The notes below the pieces were generated by a model, which was not told the origin of the DNA, ran no database searches, and saw only the letters and a list, made by a program, of their open reading frames with translations. 64,000 bases of DNA, taken from positions 744,001 to 808,000 of the forward strand of contig QPMI01000416.1 of the NCBI GenBank assembly GCA_004431415.1, written 5' to 3'. A program made the translations under genes and the position numbers. This stretch comes from Cyanophora paradoxa CCMP329. Its lineage: Eukaryota > Plantae > Glaucophyta. Within the stretch, counting starts at the first letter, position 1. The number at the start of each line of letters is the position of its first letter. Shown here in pieces: positions 1 through 12,902 of this stretch.

Positions 1-643
1 CTGAGCCTCTGTACGCCCCAATTTGATCTAACCCCCACGACTGGGCCAAGCTTAGCTGGTGCGCACGGTGCATCCGGCCTGTCGGGCACTCGAAAGATTT
101 GAGCGATCATCCAACTAACACTGCACTCCCGATGCCATCGCCTGCCCCCTTTGTCCGATGCTCAAATGTTTCGAAGGCAGCGGGCGGAAACGTGGAGGCC
201 TCCAGGTCAGCGGCCGGAGAAGGAAAAGAAGGTTGGAGGAGCGAGCAGGAGGCGGACGATGAGAATGCTGTGAGCCATTCTTACAAGAGAATCGGGGACA
301 AGGGGGTTGGGAAGAAAGGCCGTGGCACAGCCGACGGAACAACGCGATCGGAAGGGGTGGGAGGGAACGAATGGAAGGCAAGTTGACGTGGAGACTCTAA
401 CGAGAGCGGGAGAAGACCAAGAGGCAGGAAGCGGAGGAGTAGGCGGTGGTAGCCAGTGGCAGGGGTTCGCACAGTCAAAGCCTACGGTATCTACGCGGAT
501 GACAAGCTCCGGCTGCAGAAAGAGCCAGTCCGCGCCAAAGAAAGGCTGGACGAGACGTAGCACCCGCCGCGCGCCGGAGTTGGGCCGGGCTGCACCGCGG
601 CCCACACGCTGCACGGTCCTCGGCAGCCGCTGGCCACAAGCTT

Positions 644-1200
644 CTACTTCCCGGATATCATCATAAGCGAGATATTGTCTCCTTTCAGCAAGATGCGGCC
701 TGCGGGAGGCGGGGGCGGGGCATCAGCGGAGCACAATGGGCGCGATGGGCGGGAGCGTCTCGCACCCAGGGGTTTCCGGACGGACTTCTTGACGCTAATC
801 TCCTCCGCGTCGTCAAGCACGAGGTTCATGTACTCGTCGAAGCCCTGCCGTGCGAGCCGGAGGCGGTCAGGGCGCGGGCTTCGCGATGGGCGGCTGACGG
901 TCTCGCGCACGATGATCTGGCCTTCGACGCGAATGTCTGTGTTCTCGTACAGCCAGATCTGTATCCTGGATTTCTGTTCGAGCGGGGGAGTCGTAAGTAC
1001 GGGACTCGGCCATCGACGCACAAACCGCCCCGCTAGGCGTGCGAGGGAGCTTCACGATACGCACGTTTTGCAGAAACCTGAAAATCAGGTTCTGCGGGGC
1101 GGATCGGAGGCCGTCAGCGAGGGCGCGGGGACCGCGGCACGCGGGCGAAGCGCGGGCTCACGATGGGCTGTGTCATAATCTTCTGGAGCTTGGCCGCCAT
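644..1200 (-). CDS. SmE: Small nuclear ribonucleoprotein E (Sm E), 5 exons
   Basis: Splicing four GT-AG introns gives [87 protein letters not shown], the characteristic SmE sequence. Confidence 0.96.
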
Positions 1201-1535
1201 CTTGCCTGCCTGTCGCTGAACTGCTCTGGTTGCTGGTTAGGGGGGGAGTGTCGGATCGGGGGTACACGCAAAGAAAGGCTTGAGTGGGCTCGAAGTGGAT
1301 GTTAGTAGAAGTCGCAAGCATGCAAATTGCAGCTTCGGCCGTTGGGAACGGGCTGCACGGATCGATCAACGCGCAGATCGCGTGACGCTGATCAACATCG
1401 CGTGTCGACGTTGTCCCCTTCTCTCCCCGCGACGTCGGGGACGTAACGCTAGGAGGTGTGTCAATCAACCCGCCCCTGCAGGGGGGCTGCGTCCGGGCAT
1501 CAATCTAATGTCTTCTCGGCGCAGGACGTCTACCG

Positions 1536-3469
1536 ATGTCGTCGCTGATGCGAGCGCTGAAGCGCGCGCGGACTTCCCTCGAAGGTGAGCTGCGGCGGGG
1601 TCTTAGGACGCGCGGCTCGAGCCCTTGTCTCCGCATCCGAACGCTTTGGATCGTATTGAACAACGTGCCGCGCACGCAGGCGCGCTTAACGGGTTCGCGG
1701 CTTCGGCGGAGTCCTACGACGAGCTTGACGCGGTTGACTTGCGGCGCTCGGAGGAGCTCCGCGGGGCACCCCGATCTCTAAAAGGCAGCGAGAGCACCGA
1801 AGGAGCCTTGGTGGCGCGCGCGCCGGCGGCCGAGGCCCTGCTGGATTCGCTGCCCGACGGGGTCCTCTCGCGCATCCTCTTCTTCCTCTGCAGCGATGGC
1901 GCGCCCGGCCCGCCGCCGCCGCCGCCCGACGCGCGCTGATTCTACGAGCTCGTCACGCAGACGCGCCGGAGGAAACGCGGCCCGCCTCGATGGCGCAGTG
2001 CGTCCTGGAGCTCGTTCTGGGGGAGCAGGAGCAGCCGCCGCCGCCGGACTTGCGGCCCGAGCCGCTGCTTCGCCTTCGCGGAGTCTGCCGGCGGTGGCGC
2101 AAGCTCTCCGAGCACGAGTCGCTGTGGGGCGGCATCCACATCGCGAGCCCGTCGGACGCGTGCGCACCCGCCGGCGCCGGCGCCGGCCGCGGCCCGCCGC
2201 CTGACGCGCCCGTCCCCTCCCAGGGCGTGCGAGGGCGTCTGCGCGCTCCCGAGGCGGCTGCGGCGCGCGGCGCGGTCGCTGCGGCTGACGCGCTACACGG
2301 CGAGCGACGCGCCGGAGGCCCTCTCGACTCTGGCGCGGGACGAGCACCTCTCGCGCGTGCGGCGGCTGCGTGTCTCCTGCGCCGAGGGCTCCGAAGGCTC
2401 CGACCTCTCCCGCCTCTTCGAGGTCCTGCCCGTCTTCGCCCACTTCTCCGAGCTCGAGCTGCTCGAGATCGCGACGCCCAAGGAGCTCGTCTGGCCCGGG
2501 GACGTGCGTCCGCCCGTCCGCCCCGCCCCGCCGCCCCGCCCTTCGCTCAGCGCGGCGCAGGTGGGGCTCTGCGTGCAGTCCTCGCTCTCCCTTCTGGGCG
2601 GGCTGCCCCGTCTCGTCTCTCTGCAGATCGCGTCCGTGCCCGTGACGCTCCCCACGCTCAAGGCGCTGGCGCCGCTGGCGCCCACGCTGCGCGACCTCTC
2701 CGTCACCGCGCTGGTCTCCGGCGACGACCCCGCGGGGCCCGTCATCTCCGCCTGCGCCGCCCTGGCGGGCCTGACCTCCCTCCGCCTCGACATAACGTGC
2801 ACGAGCCCCGCCCCGACGGCGCCCTTCGCGCCCCGCGCCGTCGCCTCCGATCTCGTACCCCTCTCCTCCCTCCTCTCCCTCCGCGCCCTGGCGGTCCCGT
2901 ACTGCACCGAGTCCCTCGCGTTCCTCGTACCCCTCTCCAACCTGGAGGCCCTGTACCTCCAGGCCTCCCCCGGCGCCATCTGTACCCCCCTGGCGTCCCT
3001 CCCCCGCCTTCGCTCCCTGGGCCTCAGCCTCCTGGACGCGTCGCCCGAGGCGGCGGCGGCCGCCGCGGCGGTGATCCCGCGGCTGTCGGGCCTGGAGCTG
3101 CTGGGCCTGACCCTCGACCCGGCGACCATGGAGCACGTGGCGGCGCAGCGCCCCGCCTGGCCCCGCCTCCACACCGCCGAGCTCAACTGCGTCCGGTGCG
3201 AGCGGGCGGCGGGGGCGCCCCCGCTCCTCCTCTCTGGCGTCCTCCCCTCCGGCATCCTCCAGCGCGTCTCCGGCGACGCGCCCCTCCTCCGCGTCCTCCG
3301 CACGCGCTGCCCCCTGCCCCTCTTTGACCGCATGGAGGCGCTGCTGCCCCTCAAGCGCCTGCACCGCCTCGTGCTGGCCGGCGCCGCCGCCCGCGCCGCC
3401 GACCACCCCTCCCTCCGCCGCCTCCTCCGCAACCTCCTCCCCGGCGTCCAGCTCGTCCTGTACCCCTAG
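1536..3469 (+). CDS. F-box/LRR-like protein (multi-exon)
   Basis: Split F-box LLDSLPDGVLSRILFFL...LRLRGVCRRWRKLSEHESLW, followed by LxxLxxLxL repeats (LSNLEALYL, LPRLRSLGL) up to the stop at 3469. The first intron splices in frame (LE-G-ALNG). Confidence 0.8.
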
Positions 3470-3559
3470 CGCCGTCCCGCCCCGCCCCGCCCCGCCCGGG
3501 GGGCCGCCCCGCCCCGCCCGGGCCCGGGGAGGCCGCGCGTGCCGGCGCCGCGCCATGCC

Positions 3560-5060
3560 CTCTAAGATAAGGACTCTTAGATCTGCGTATACGTATGCAT
3601 ATGCTCGCTTCGATCTTCGATCTGCACTTCGATATGGCGCTGAGCTATGCGCATGTATGATGTAAATAGCGCGCGCTCGCGAATCGTACTCGTAATTAAT
3701 ATTATATATAATTATATAATCAGTCCGCACTCGCGATCGAAAGCCGCTGAGCAGCATGCCATGATGCGCCGGCGCAGCAGCAGCAATTGCAAAGCAGTCA
3801 ATGCCATCATTGCCGACGATTTGCATTAGCACACAACAACAACTACTAGGAGTTTCACATCGCCCAATTTATCTCTCCGACTAGATAACACTGAGGACCG
3901 TCGAGTGCTGTGCTCTGTCTAAATGGTAGGTTTGGTGATGGACTATCTGTATATCTAGCTACACTGGAGGTCTGAAATAGGTTTGTAGCTAGCTTTAGCT
4001 ATAGGTAGCTATTTATCTGTCGCTAGCGCCGCGGCGCTAAGTCTGATCTGCAGCTATTTTGATTTGTATACTAGGGTCCCTGAAAGTGATAAGGAAAGGA
4101 AAGTAGCTAGGGATCCCGGCTCCCGTCTGCTGGTGTATACACCCCGATCGATTTTCGCTGCTCCTCGCCAGCCCCAGCCGGGTGGGCTACTGGCTCGCCT
4201 CCGCCTCCGCTGTCTTGGTGTTGCCTCCCCTCAATGCCATCATTGCCATGATGCAGCCGCTGAGCAGCTAGCGCTTGCCTGCAATCATGATCATTGAATT
4301 CCACCAGGCTGCAACGCGGGTGACCAGCTCGTGGCAGCCTGGCAGCTCCTCCGAGGCCTACGGCTCGCTCAGCGGCTGCCGCGCGCTGACTAGTACTCAT
4401 GATCATGATCGTGATCATGATCAGGCTAGCGAGCCTCGGAGCTGTAGTGATGCATGCCTGACTCAGTGATGCACAGCCGCTGAGCTGCCAGTGCGCGCGG
4501 CACTGCGAGCTCGAGTGGCGTTCAACGGTTACCAAGTAACCGCCCATAAGCCTTTTGAAGTCCAGGCCGCCCGGCCGCCCATATGGCACTGCGCGCGGGA
4601 TGGCCAGGCCAGCCCCGCGGCCGGCCGGGCCGGCGCCGCGGCGGCGCCGGGCCCGAGTACTAGTTAACGTTCACTGACGTACGACGAGGAGCTGACTCAG
4701 TGAGAACGAGCTCGAGGAGCTGTTAAACGTTATGGAATATTAACGTTAACGTTAACGTTAAGTTACGCGAGCAGCGCACCCGGGCCGAACCGAGCGCGGC
4801 CGCCGGCCGGGCGCCGCAGGCGCATGCGCAGGTGATAAAGCTTAAGCTGCAACATGTACATGTACAGTAATCATCGAATGCCTGAGCTCGAGTCAGATTC
4901 CAGCGCACCTCTTGAACCGAGCGCGAGGCGCCGGCGTTCATGGTCGCATTTGGACACGTACTAAAGACGCAGGTCCGGGCTACAAGTGTGGGAATGTACA
5001 CTGCGGCCGCCGCGGCCGCGGGCCCAGCCCACCGAGCTCACGCTCGGCCAGCCGGGCCCT
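3560..5060. repeat. Palindrome-saturated intergenic block 1
   Basis: Chains of overlapping palindromes: cgtatacgtatgcatatgc (~3586), tcatgatcatgatc (4397), agtactagttaacgtt (4656), ttaacgttaacgttaacgttaa (4740-4761), acatgtacatgtaca (4852). Confidence 0.85.
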
Positions 5061-5115
5061 GCGTGGCCCCCTAAGGAGAGTAATGCGCCTCCCCGCGGAC
5101 ACCCTGGCTAGCTAA

Positions 5116-8100
5116 ATGGCCGACTTTCTTGGTTGGGGGGTACAGCTCGCTAAGAGTCGGGCGGCGATGCCTGCGCCGTGAAGCCGGCTTCAGATCGCGT
5201 TTAGGCTCGCCGTGACTTCGTTCTTCCGGCCATGGAGGGCGAGTTGGACCCTGATTGCGTATCCGCTCGCCGGCCGCGCCGGCTGACATGTAGGCACGTC
5301 GACAGGGCTCAGCGAGAGGCAGGCGAGCATCCTGGAGGGATCCATTGGCAAGATTGCCGAGGTATGGCCTTTCCCCTCGAGAGTCGACTTGATCCAGCCT
5401 CCGCCGATCCTCTCGCAGGTTCTGGACAACCCTGCCGGCAACGGTGCGGGTGACTGCCTGAGCGTGCACGACTTACGGGCCTGCCGGACTCGGGCGGCCG
5501 CGAATCCGCGGCTCTGACCTCCGCCTCAGGCTGGTCTCTGGTCGAAAAGTACGGAACGACGGAGCTCCTGATCAAGCCCGTCGGCAACTTGCGTCTTACG
5601 TGCTTTAAAGACACGCTGCCGTGCAACGCTCCGATCGCCGCCGCGTACGAGTTCCTTCGGGATGTCCGGTCCATACCGATCGTCTGTGCGCCCGCTAATG
5701 ATCCCGCGCGCCGTGGCCTGGCTCCACTGACGCGCTCGCAGCGCCCGTGAGCGAGTCCATCGAAGTCGTTGCGAAGGCCGGGTGCGGGGGTGACGTTTCG
5801 CCTGCACGCTGCGCCCGCCCACCGCGCCCCCCGCCCGCGCAGCGTGAGGACGCGTTTCATTCACATGGTCCTGAAGGCGTTCTTGTAGGCTCCGGCGCCT
5901 TACGCCCTCTCCCCGGACCCGCTAACGGATGCCGGCAGCCCGTACCCGCGTCGGAAAGCCTGCTTCCTGTGCAGGAACTTTGTTCAGGACGGGAACGTGC
6001 CGTTCGTCGGCCTCTCGATGATCTCCAACGGGTGCGATTACCCCCCGCGCCCCGCCCGCCCGCCCGCTCGCCGGCGATTGACGGCCCGGCCCGTGGCCAG
6101 GCCGTGCGACTACGAGAGGGGGGGGGATCACCTGCCTAGCTTCGAGGACGGACGGGAAACGATGAACGTCGGTGCGGGCGGGCGCGGCGCGGCGCGGCGC
6201 GGGAGCCGCCGGCAGGCGCGGTCCCTGGCCTGACCGCTTGGGGGCCCGGGCGTGCGGGCGGCGGGGCGCAGCATTCATCGCGACGGTGCTGAACGGGCGG
6301 ACGCAGCTCGTCGCGATCCTCCAGAAGACGACTCTGATGGCCGGCTGCGGCTCTTCGCTCGCCCAGGTCCGCCACGCCCGCCCGCCCGCCCGCCCGCCCG
6401 CCCGCCCGCCCGCCGGGCGCCGACGGGCCCGGTCCGGCGGGGCGGGCAGATCCTGCCGAGGGAGCTAGCGGACAAGCTCGACTTCAGGTTCCGGCTGTGG
6501 CTCATCGCCTCCATCGTGGGGCGCATGCGCCGCGGCATCGAGCTCTTCCAGCGGGGCGAGATCTGGTGGCAGAAGTGCGTTCCCCCCCAAACCTACCCTA
6601 CCCTACCCTACCCACCCATCCCGCCCATCCCACCCATCCCGCCGATCCCGCCGCGTCCACCAGGGACGACGTGCTCATGCCAGGGCTCCACGAGCTCTAC
6701 ACGCTGGGCGAGCGCATCGCGGACCTGCCCGTGCAGAACCTCGGGCCCGTCGCCCAGATCGTGCGCCCCCCGGCCGAGCCGAGCCGAGCTGAGAGTTCAG
6801 ATCTGAGCTTAGGGCTTAGAGCCTGGCTTCTCTTAGATTACGCAGAGTATTAGCTTAGCTTAGCTTAGCTTAGCTTAGTATTAGTCTCTTAGCTTCTCTT
6901 AGCTTAGCTTCTCTTATCTTAGCCTCGCCTCGCCCGCTCTGACGTGCGGGCGGGCGGCCCGTTCTCTCAGGAGCCGCCCCGGGACGAGGCGATGGCCAAG
7001 GCCGACGAGATGGAGGCGCTGGCCCGGGACCTCGAGGACAAGGTCCGCCCCGGGCGTACCCCCCTAGCTACCCAGCGGCCTCCGCCGGTCTTAGCTGAGC
7101 CGAGCGCAGCTGAGCCTCTTCGCGTTCGCGGCGGCGGGCGTGCCGGGCCAGCAGGCGGCCCTCGGGCAGCAGTACAGCGCGCTGCACGAGAAGTGCCTCC
7201 GCATCTCGGCGACGACGATCGCTCGGCTGGAGGAGCAGCTGGCGCGCATCGTGGTGCTGCAGCAGAGCCCGCTGGACCTCGTGCAGGAGATCGAGCCCCG
7301 CGAGACGCTGGCGCAGCGCCAGGCGGCCGTCGCCGCCGGCATCGTCAGCGCGCACGGCACGCCGCCCTCCACCTCCGCCAACTCGCCCATGCTGCCCGAG
7401 GACGATCGGCTTGCGGCGCTCCTCTCGCCGGGGCCGCCCCCGCACGACGCGGGCGGGGCGGGGCCCGGGCCCGGGCCCGACGTGCCCGTCCACGACGCGC
7501 TGGCGATGGAGACGGCCCGGGTACAGGGCGAGATCGAGATGCTGAAGCGGCGGCACAGCATCCTCCAGCAGATGCGGCTCACGGCCTTCGAGGGGCCGAC
7601 GGCCCTCTCCGGCGGCCCCGACGACACTTTTACGAAGCGGCCCCGCTGGGCCGCGCAGCCCCTCTCCGCCGACCCGGGGCAGCCCTGGGCACAGCCGCAC
7701 TCGCCGGCGCCGGCGCCGGCGCCGGCGCCGGCGTGGCCGGGCAGGCGGCGCAGCGGGCCGCCGAGGCCGCGGCGTGGGGCCCGCCCGACCCGGGCGGGGC
7801 CTTGGACCTGGGGCTCGGCGGCCTGGGCAGGCCCCTGCCGCCCATCAGCGGCGGCGCCTCGCGGGCGGGGCGGGGCGCCCCCTCGGCGCCGCCCGCGCCG
7901 GCCGTACACCCGCAGGGCTTCCCCTTCTCGGATCCCGAGCCGACCCTCTTCCCTGCCCCCATGGCGTGCGCGCCGACCCCACCCCAGCCGCCGGGAAGCC
8001 CCGCCGCGCCCATGGAGTGCTCCACCTCCACCCCGACCCTCTCCCTGCCGCCCCTCTCCCCGGCGCTGCCGCCCCTGCCCGTCGACTCGGACGGCAACCC

Positions 8101-10233
8101 CGCGCTGGGGCCCCTGGACCCCTACGCCCTCCTCGCGGCCTTCGGGGCCCCCGGCGAGGCCCCCGAGCTCTACGAGGCGCTCTCGCCCGACCCCAGCGTC
8201 AGCTTCCTCGACCTCTTCGCGGGCGCCGAGGAGGTCCCCGGCTCCGCCTCGGCCTTCTCCGGCTCCGCCTGCACCCCGCGGGACGCCGGCATGCACCTGC
8301 CCCCGGCCTCGACCTCAGCGTTCGGCGACCCCGAGGCCTCCCAGCAACTCCACCCCCTCTCGCTCCCGGGTACCCCCCTGGGCCTCCCGCACCCCGGCCA
8401 GCTCATCTTCCCCCCCATGCCCCCCATCGACCCGCTGCCGCCGGCCGCCGCCGAGCCGCCCGAGGACCGCTTCTCCGCCCTCCCCCCCAGCCTCCTCATC
8501 CGCATCTTGGCCTCGCTGAGCCTCGCGGACCGGGCCGCGTGCGCGCGGGTCTGCCGCTCGCTCCGCGCGGCGGCGGCCTCAGACGCCCTGTGGCTCCCCA
8601 CGCTACACGTCCTCTTCGGCCCCGATGCCGACAAGCGCTGCGGGCGCAAGATCGCGCCCGGCACGCCCGCCATCGCCCTCTTCGCCGCGCGCCGGCGCGC
8701 CGAGCTCAACTGGCGGGCCGGCCGCCTCGCCCTCTCCTCGCCCTGCGTCTGCTCCAAGACGGCGGGCAAGCCCGTGCGGGTCGTGACGATGCTGGACCCC
8801 GCCGACTTCCGGGAATCCATCCTGCTCTCGGGCGGCGGGGACGGCGTGGTGCGCGTACACGTCGGGCCGCACCTCCGCCCCATCCAGAACTTCAAGGCCC
8901 GCTCGGGCGTCGGCGTCGCCGCCATGCGCGTCGCCCCGCCGCACCACGGCCCCAGCGCCGGCGCGGGGATCATCACCATCGCGTACCGGGACGGCACCAT
9001 CGCGCACTGGGACATGGTCGCTGGTACCCTCCACTGGCGCTTCACCGCCGGCGAGCTCTCCCGCTCCGGCTCGCTCGACGGCATCACCCTGGGCGCCCGC
9101 CTCGTCGCCGCCTGGGGCTCCACCGCCCTGCGCGCCCCCGTGCCCATCCCGCCCGCCCTCACCCCGCCCCTCGGCGTCTCCACCCCCTCGTCCGCCGGCA
9201 GCAGCCCGCCCCTCCCGGGCTCCCTCGGCTCCCCCTCCCTCCCCCAGCCCGCGCCCACCGTCCTCGCGGGGGGCAGCCCGCAAGTCCCCGTAGCCCTCCC
9301 CGCCTCCGTCCCCGAGTACGTCGTCCGGGTACACGATCTCGTGGACCGGGGGCGGAGCGGGCCCCCGCCCCTCGTCGCCACCCTCGGGCGCGTGCCGTAT
9401 CCCCCCTTACCCCCCCCCCCCACCCCCCGCCTCCCGCCACCCGCCGCGCGGCGTCGCCTGACGCGCGCCCGCGCAGGGGCCACCCCCGCCGCATCACGTG
9501 CGCGTCCCTGTGCGAGAGCCGCTGCGGCGACTCGCCCCTCGCCGTCACCGGTCCGCCCCCGTCCCCTCCGCCCGTACCCCCCCCCCCGGCCGACCGACCG
9601 CGCCCGCAGGCTCGGCGGACGGGTACGTGCGGGTGTGGGACCTGAACCGGTGCGGGTCGCCGGGCGGGAGCGGCATCGCGAGCCCGCAGGCGACGCTGCC
9701 CGGGCACACCGGCTCGATCATCCAGGCCGAGCTCTGCGGCGGCTTCATGCTGCTCTCCGCCGCCAAGGACCGATCCGTGCGGGTCTGGGACCTGAGGCAG
9801 CCCCCCGAGACCGCCGCCATCCGCCGCATCGTCCGCCTCCCGACCCGCCCCGCCCCGCCCCGCCCCGCCCCTCAGCCTCAGCTGACCGGCCGGCCCACCC
9901 CCGCTCCCCGCAGCCGCACCCCGACAAGCTGACGGCGGTCGCGGCGCGGCTGGACGTGCCCTCCGTCGTCGCCCCGCTCCTGGTCACCGCCACCGAGGAC
10001 GCCGCCATCCGCACCTTCGACCTCCGGTGAGTTAAAAACTGCACCCTCCTGCTCCGCTTCAATTCCCCTTCTTCTTCTCCGCTGACTGGGGGCGGGCCGC
10101 GGGCAGGGCCGGGACGCCGCTGGCGCACCTGGTGGGCGCCGTGCAGAGCCCCGCGACGGCGCTCGCGCTGGCGCCCTTCGACGCCGCCGTCGGCTGCAAG
10201 GACGGATCGATCCGCTGGCTCACCTTCGACTAG
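5116..10233 (+). CDS. Large multi-exon protein: possible START-like N-terminus, coiled coil, Pro-rich linker, F-box, WD40 repeats
   Basis: F-box DRFSALPPSLLIRILASLSLADRAACARVCRSLR (~8465-8570). WD40 motifs SADGYVRVWDL, LPGHTGSI...SAAKDRSVRVWDLR and TATEDAAIRTFDLR. Upstream short exons splice in frame back to at least ~5290. The start at 5116 is tentative. Confidence 0.75.
6851..6923 (+). repeat. Intronic (TAGCT)n pentamer microsatellite, degenerate
   Basis: tagcttagcttagcttagcttagcttagta...cttagcttagctt inside an enlarged intron. Confidence 0.85.
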
Positions 10234-10479
10234 CCTGGGAGGGCCCGGCCGTGGCTCTGCTCCCGACCCTGCGGCCGCGGCCACAGGCTCCCGCGGCCGC
10301 CTAGCCAGACCCCGCGGCCGCCAAGTTCTACACCCCCTTCTCCTCTCCTCTCCTCTTCGCATGTTCGAGGGCCCCGAGGCGTTCGCCGAGTCCGTAGCGT
10401 TATCGTTTTTATGTTAGCATCAGGGACCCTGCCGGCGCCAGTAATCGTAAGTTTACTCAGCTAGTTCTTAGAACCGCTT

Positions 10480-11000
10480 TGTAGTGTACATTAGCAGGCT
10501 CGTCTCTATCTCCACGAATATCGAAGCCTGGGTAAACATTATTTATACGAGAGTCCCCGCTGAATTAAACGTACGTATACGTAAACATTATAATTACGTA
10601 TACGAGGGGATACCTAGCGCTATCGGTACGGGGGCCGCGGCGCCGCTACGAATCGAAGACGAATTCGAATCGAAGATCTAGACTGTGCTGGCGCCGGCGC
10701 GTACCTCCCGATCGCGCGAGTCACTGAGTCCAGCGCGCGCGTACCATATCATAGTATATATAGCTAGCTCGACTTGGCGAGCTCGACCCAGCTAGTACTA
10801 GTACCGCCGGGCCGGCCCGGGACCCAGCTGCGCGTATACGTACTACGGTACGTTCATCGCGCGGCGCGCGCGCCGGCCGCGGCATGAGGCGCCGGCTGAC
10901 GCGTCGATTTCCGAGGGAGGTGCTCGGCAGCTGAGGATGTGCAGGCGCGCACCATCAGCCTGAGCGCGCTCGAGCGCGCAGCGGCTATAGCTAGCGCCGG
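10480..11000. repeat. Palindrome-saturated intergenic block 2
   Basis: cgtacgtatacgta (10570), gaattcgaa, agatctaga, tatatatagctagct, ctagtactagtac (10792), cgcgtatacgtac, ctatagctagcgc. Confidence 0.85.
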
Positions 11001-11069
11001 TTGTGCCACAAGTTGATAACCGTACCCGCAAGTTTGCCCCCCCCCACTAACTACACCCCCCACGTACAG

Positions 11070-12902
11070 CCAGCGGCACTCTCCCCTCTGCATCGTTGAG
11101 CCCTGTACTCAAGCACTGCAGTTTGGCAGTATCGCGCGGTGCCGCGCCCGGCGCCGGCCCGGCGCGGCGCCGCTCCTCGTCGCGCTGGCACTTCTCGCTT
11201 GGCTCGGCGCCACCGCCGACGCCGATGCCGGCGGGGAAAGTATGCTGGAGATCGTTTCCGCACGCTTCGGGCAGCGGGAACAGCACGGGCGCGACGTGGC
11301 CGGCGTGCTCCGCGGCCTCCAGACCTGCGGTGCGCCCCGCGAGCTCGGGCGCGCCTCCCTCGCGCGACGGCGGGCCGCGCGTGCGCAGCGGGATTGCTGC
11401 TGAAGGGCTCGGACGGATGGATGTACCGGCTGTTCGAGAACGTGACGGACTTTGAGGAGTCCGGGGTAGCGGCGGAGCTCGCGGGCAGCCTGTACGAGCT
11501 TCGCGTCGACTTCGCCTTTGGCGGCGCGCTCCGACGCATCGCGCTGCCAGCGTCGGCGCCCGTCCTCGGCATCGCGGCCGTGCGGGACCCGGCGGGCGCC
11601 GAGCTGCCGTGCGGCGGCGAGAACCTCGAGCTCGAGGCCGGCGGGGCGCTCGCGCGCCCTGAGGTCGCGATCATGACCTCCAAGCGCGAGCCGAGCTACG
11701 TCCACGAGACGGTTGCGAGCGTGCTCCTCAGCGGCCTGCTCGAGCCGGGGCCGGGCGGAGACCGCGGGCGGCGGCTGCACCTCGTCTGCGGCTCGCAGGA
11801 CTGCTCCTACCTCTCCCCCTACGCCGCCCACCGCCTCGCTCGCGTCGTACCCCTCTCCGACGAGGAGCTCGCATCTCTCCACGGCCGCTCCATCCGCAAG
11901 GCCCGCCCGCAACCCCCCCCCCCCCCCCCCCCCCCCTCTCCCCGAACTTTCGCGGCAGCGGTCGAACCTGAACTACATCCGATGCCTCTCGGTGCACCCG
12001 CTGGCCACGCGGGGCGAGCCGGAGGAGGAGGACCACGCGCACTACCGTCGCCCCGGCTCCGGCCTCCTAGTTCTCGAGGACGACGTCGTGCGTACCCCCC
12101 TCCCCGCGCGCTTCTTCCCTCCTGACCACTCGTTCTCGTACCCCCCCCAGGTCCTGGAGGATCGGTTCCTGGAGCACTTCTGGGCAGCCGTGCGCGCCGC
12201 CGAGGCCCGGTACCCCTGTTACATTCTCGTTCTCTACACGAAGGTCTACCCCTCCCCCGCTCTTTTCATCAGGTACCCCTCATCCCGCTTTCGGCGCAGG
12301 CGGACCGCGGGCCACGCCTGTACAGCTTCTCTCCCGGGGCCCGCAGCTGGGCACCCGTCGACCCTGTCTCCCACTGGGTCTCTGAGCCCTCTGACTACTT
12401 CTGGGGCACCCAGGCGCGTCCCCTCCCCCGCTCTCTCCTTTTTGTACCCCTTCCCTCCCCCGAAATCTCACTCCGTAGCTACCCCAGGCGATGTACTTTC
12501 CCCCCTGCGCGCTTCTGGGGGTAGCCGGATTCTACCGTTACTTCTTCGAAAAGCCGGACACAGAATGGGACTTCCCCTACGACGCTATGGCCGACTTTTA
12601 CTCCAAGGCGCGTACCCCCCTCCTTTTTTCCCCAAGGAAGAGCGAGCCGTACCCTTCGCAGACGCGGGGGTACCCCCTCGTCGTAGCGGCCAAGTCGAGC
12701 GTGCAGGCGAGCCCGGCCCCGCTCGATCGCGGCGGCCGCGCGCGGCCTCTGACCCGCGCGCGCACGCCCGCAGCACGTTGGGATGAAGTCGACGGGTCTG
12801 TCGAGGGGTGACCACTGGGCCGCCACATGGGACCCCACGTTCGAGGCCGACGGCGTCGTCTTCGCCGGCGACGTACCCCCCCTCCAAGGACCGCAGCCCT
12901 AG
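11070..12902 (+). CDS. GT-A fold glycosyltransferase, GT54/MGAT4 (GnT-IV)-like
   Basis: Hydrophobic N-segment PLLVALALLAWLG, then VAIMTSKREPSYVHETVASVL, NLNYIRCL, LLVLEDDV (DxD-type) and SSVQHVGMKST, matching the GT54 motif order. The start codon is not resolved. Confidence 0.65.

Noticed and set aside
1778-3832. Long Arg/Pro/Gly/Ala-rich ORFs in the track (this one and many similar)
   Set aside because: They are expected in ~70% GC DNA and overlap better-supported spliced genes in other frames or on the other strand.
3560-5060. Cloning-vector polylinker contamination
   Set aside because: The sites overlap, repeat irregularly, differ between blocks and grade into native gene flanks, and no vector backbone is present.
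6800-6923. Telomeric repeat
   Set aside because: Only one TTAGGG is present. The rest is a TAGCT pentamer microsatellite in an intron.
7680-7760. Programmed frameshift in the F-box/WD40 gene
   Set aside because: A ~56-nt GC-AG intron (tgg|gcacag...gggcag|gcg) restores the frame, consistent with local intron style.
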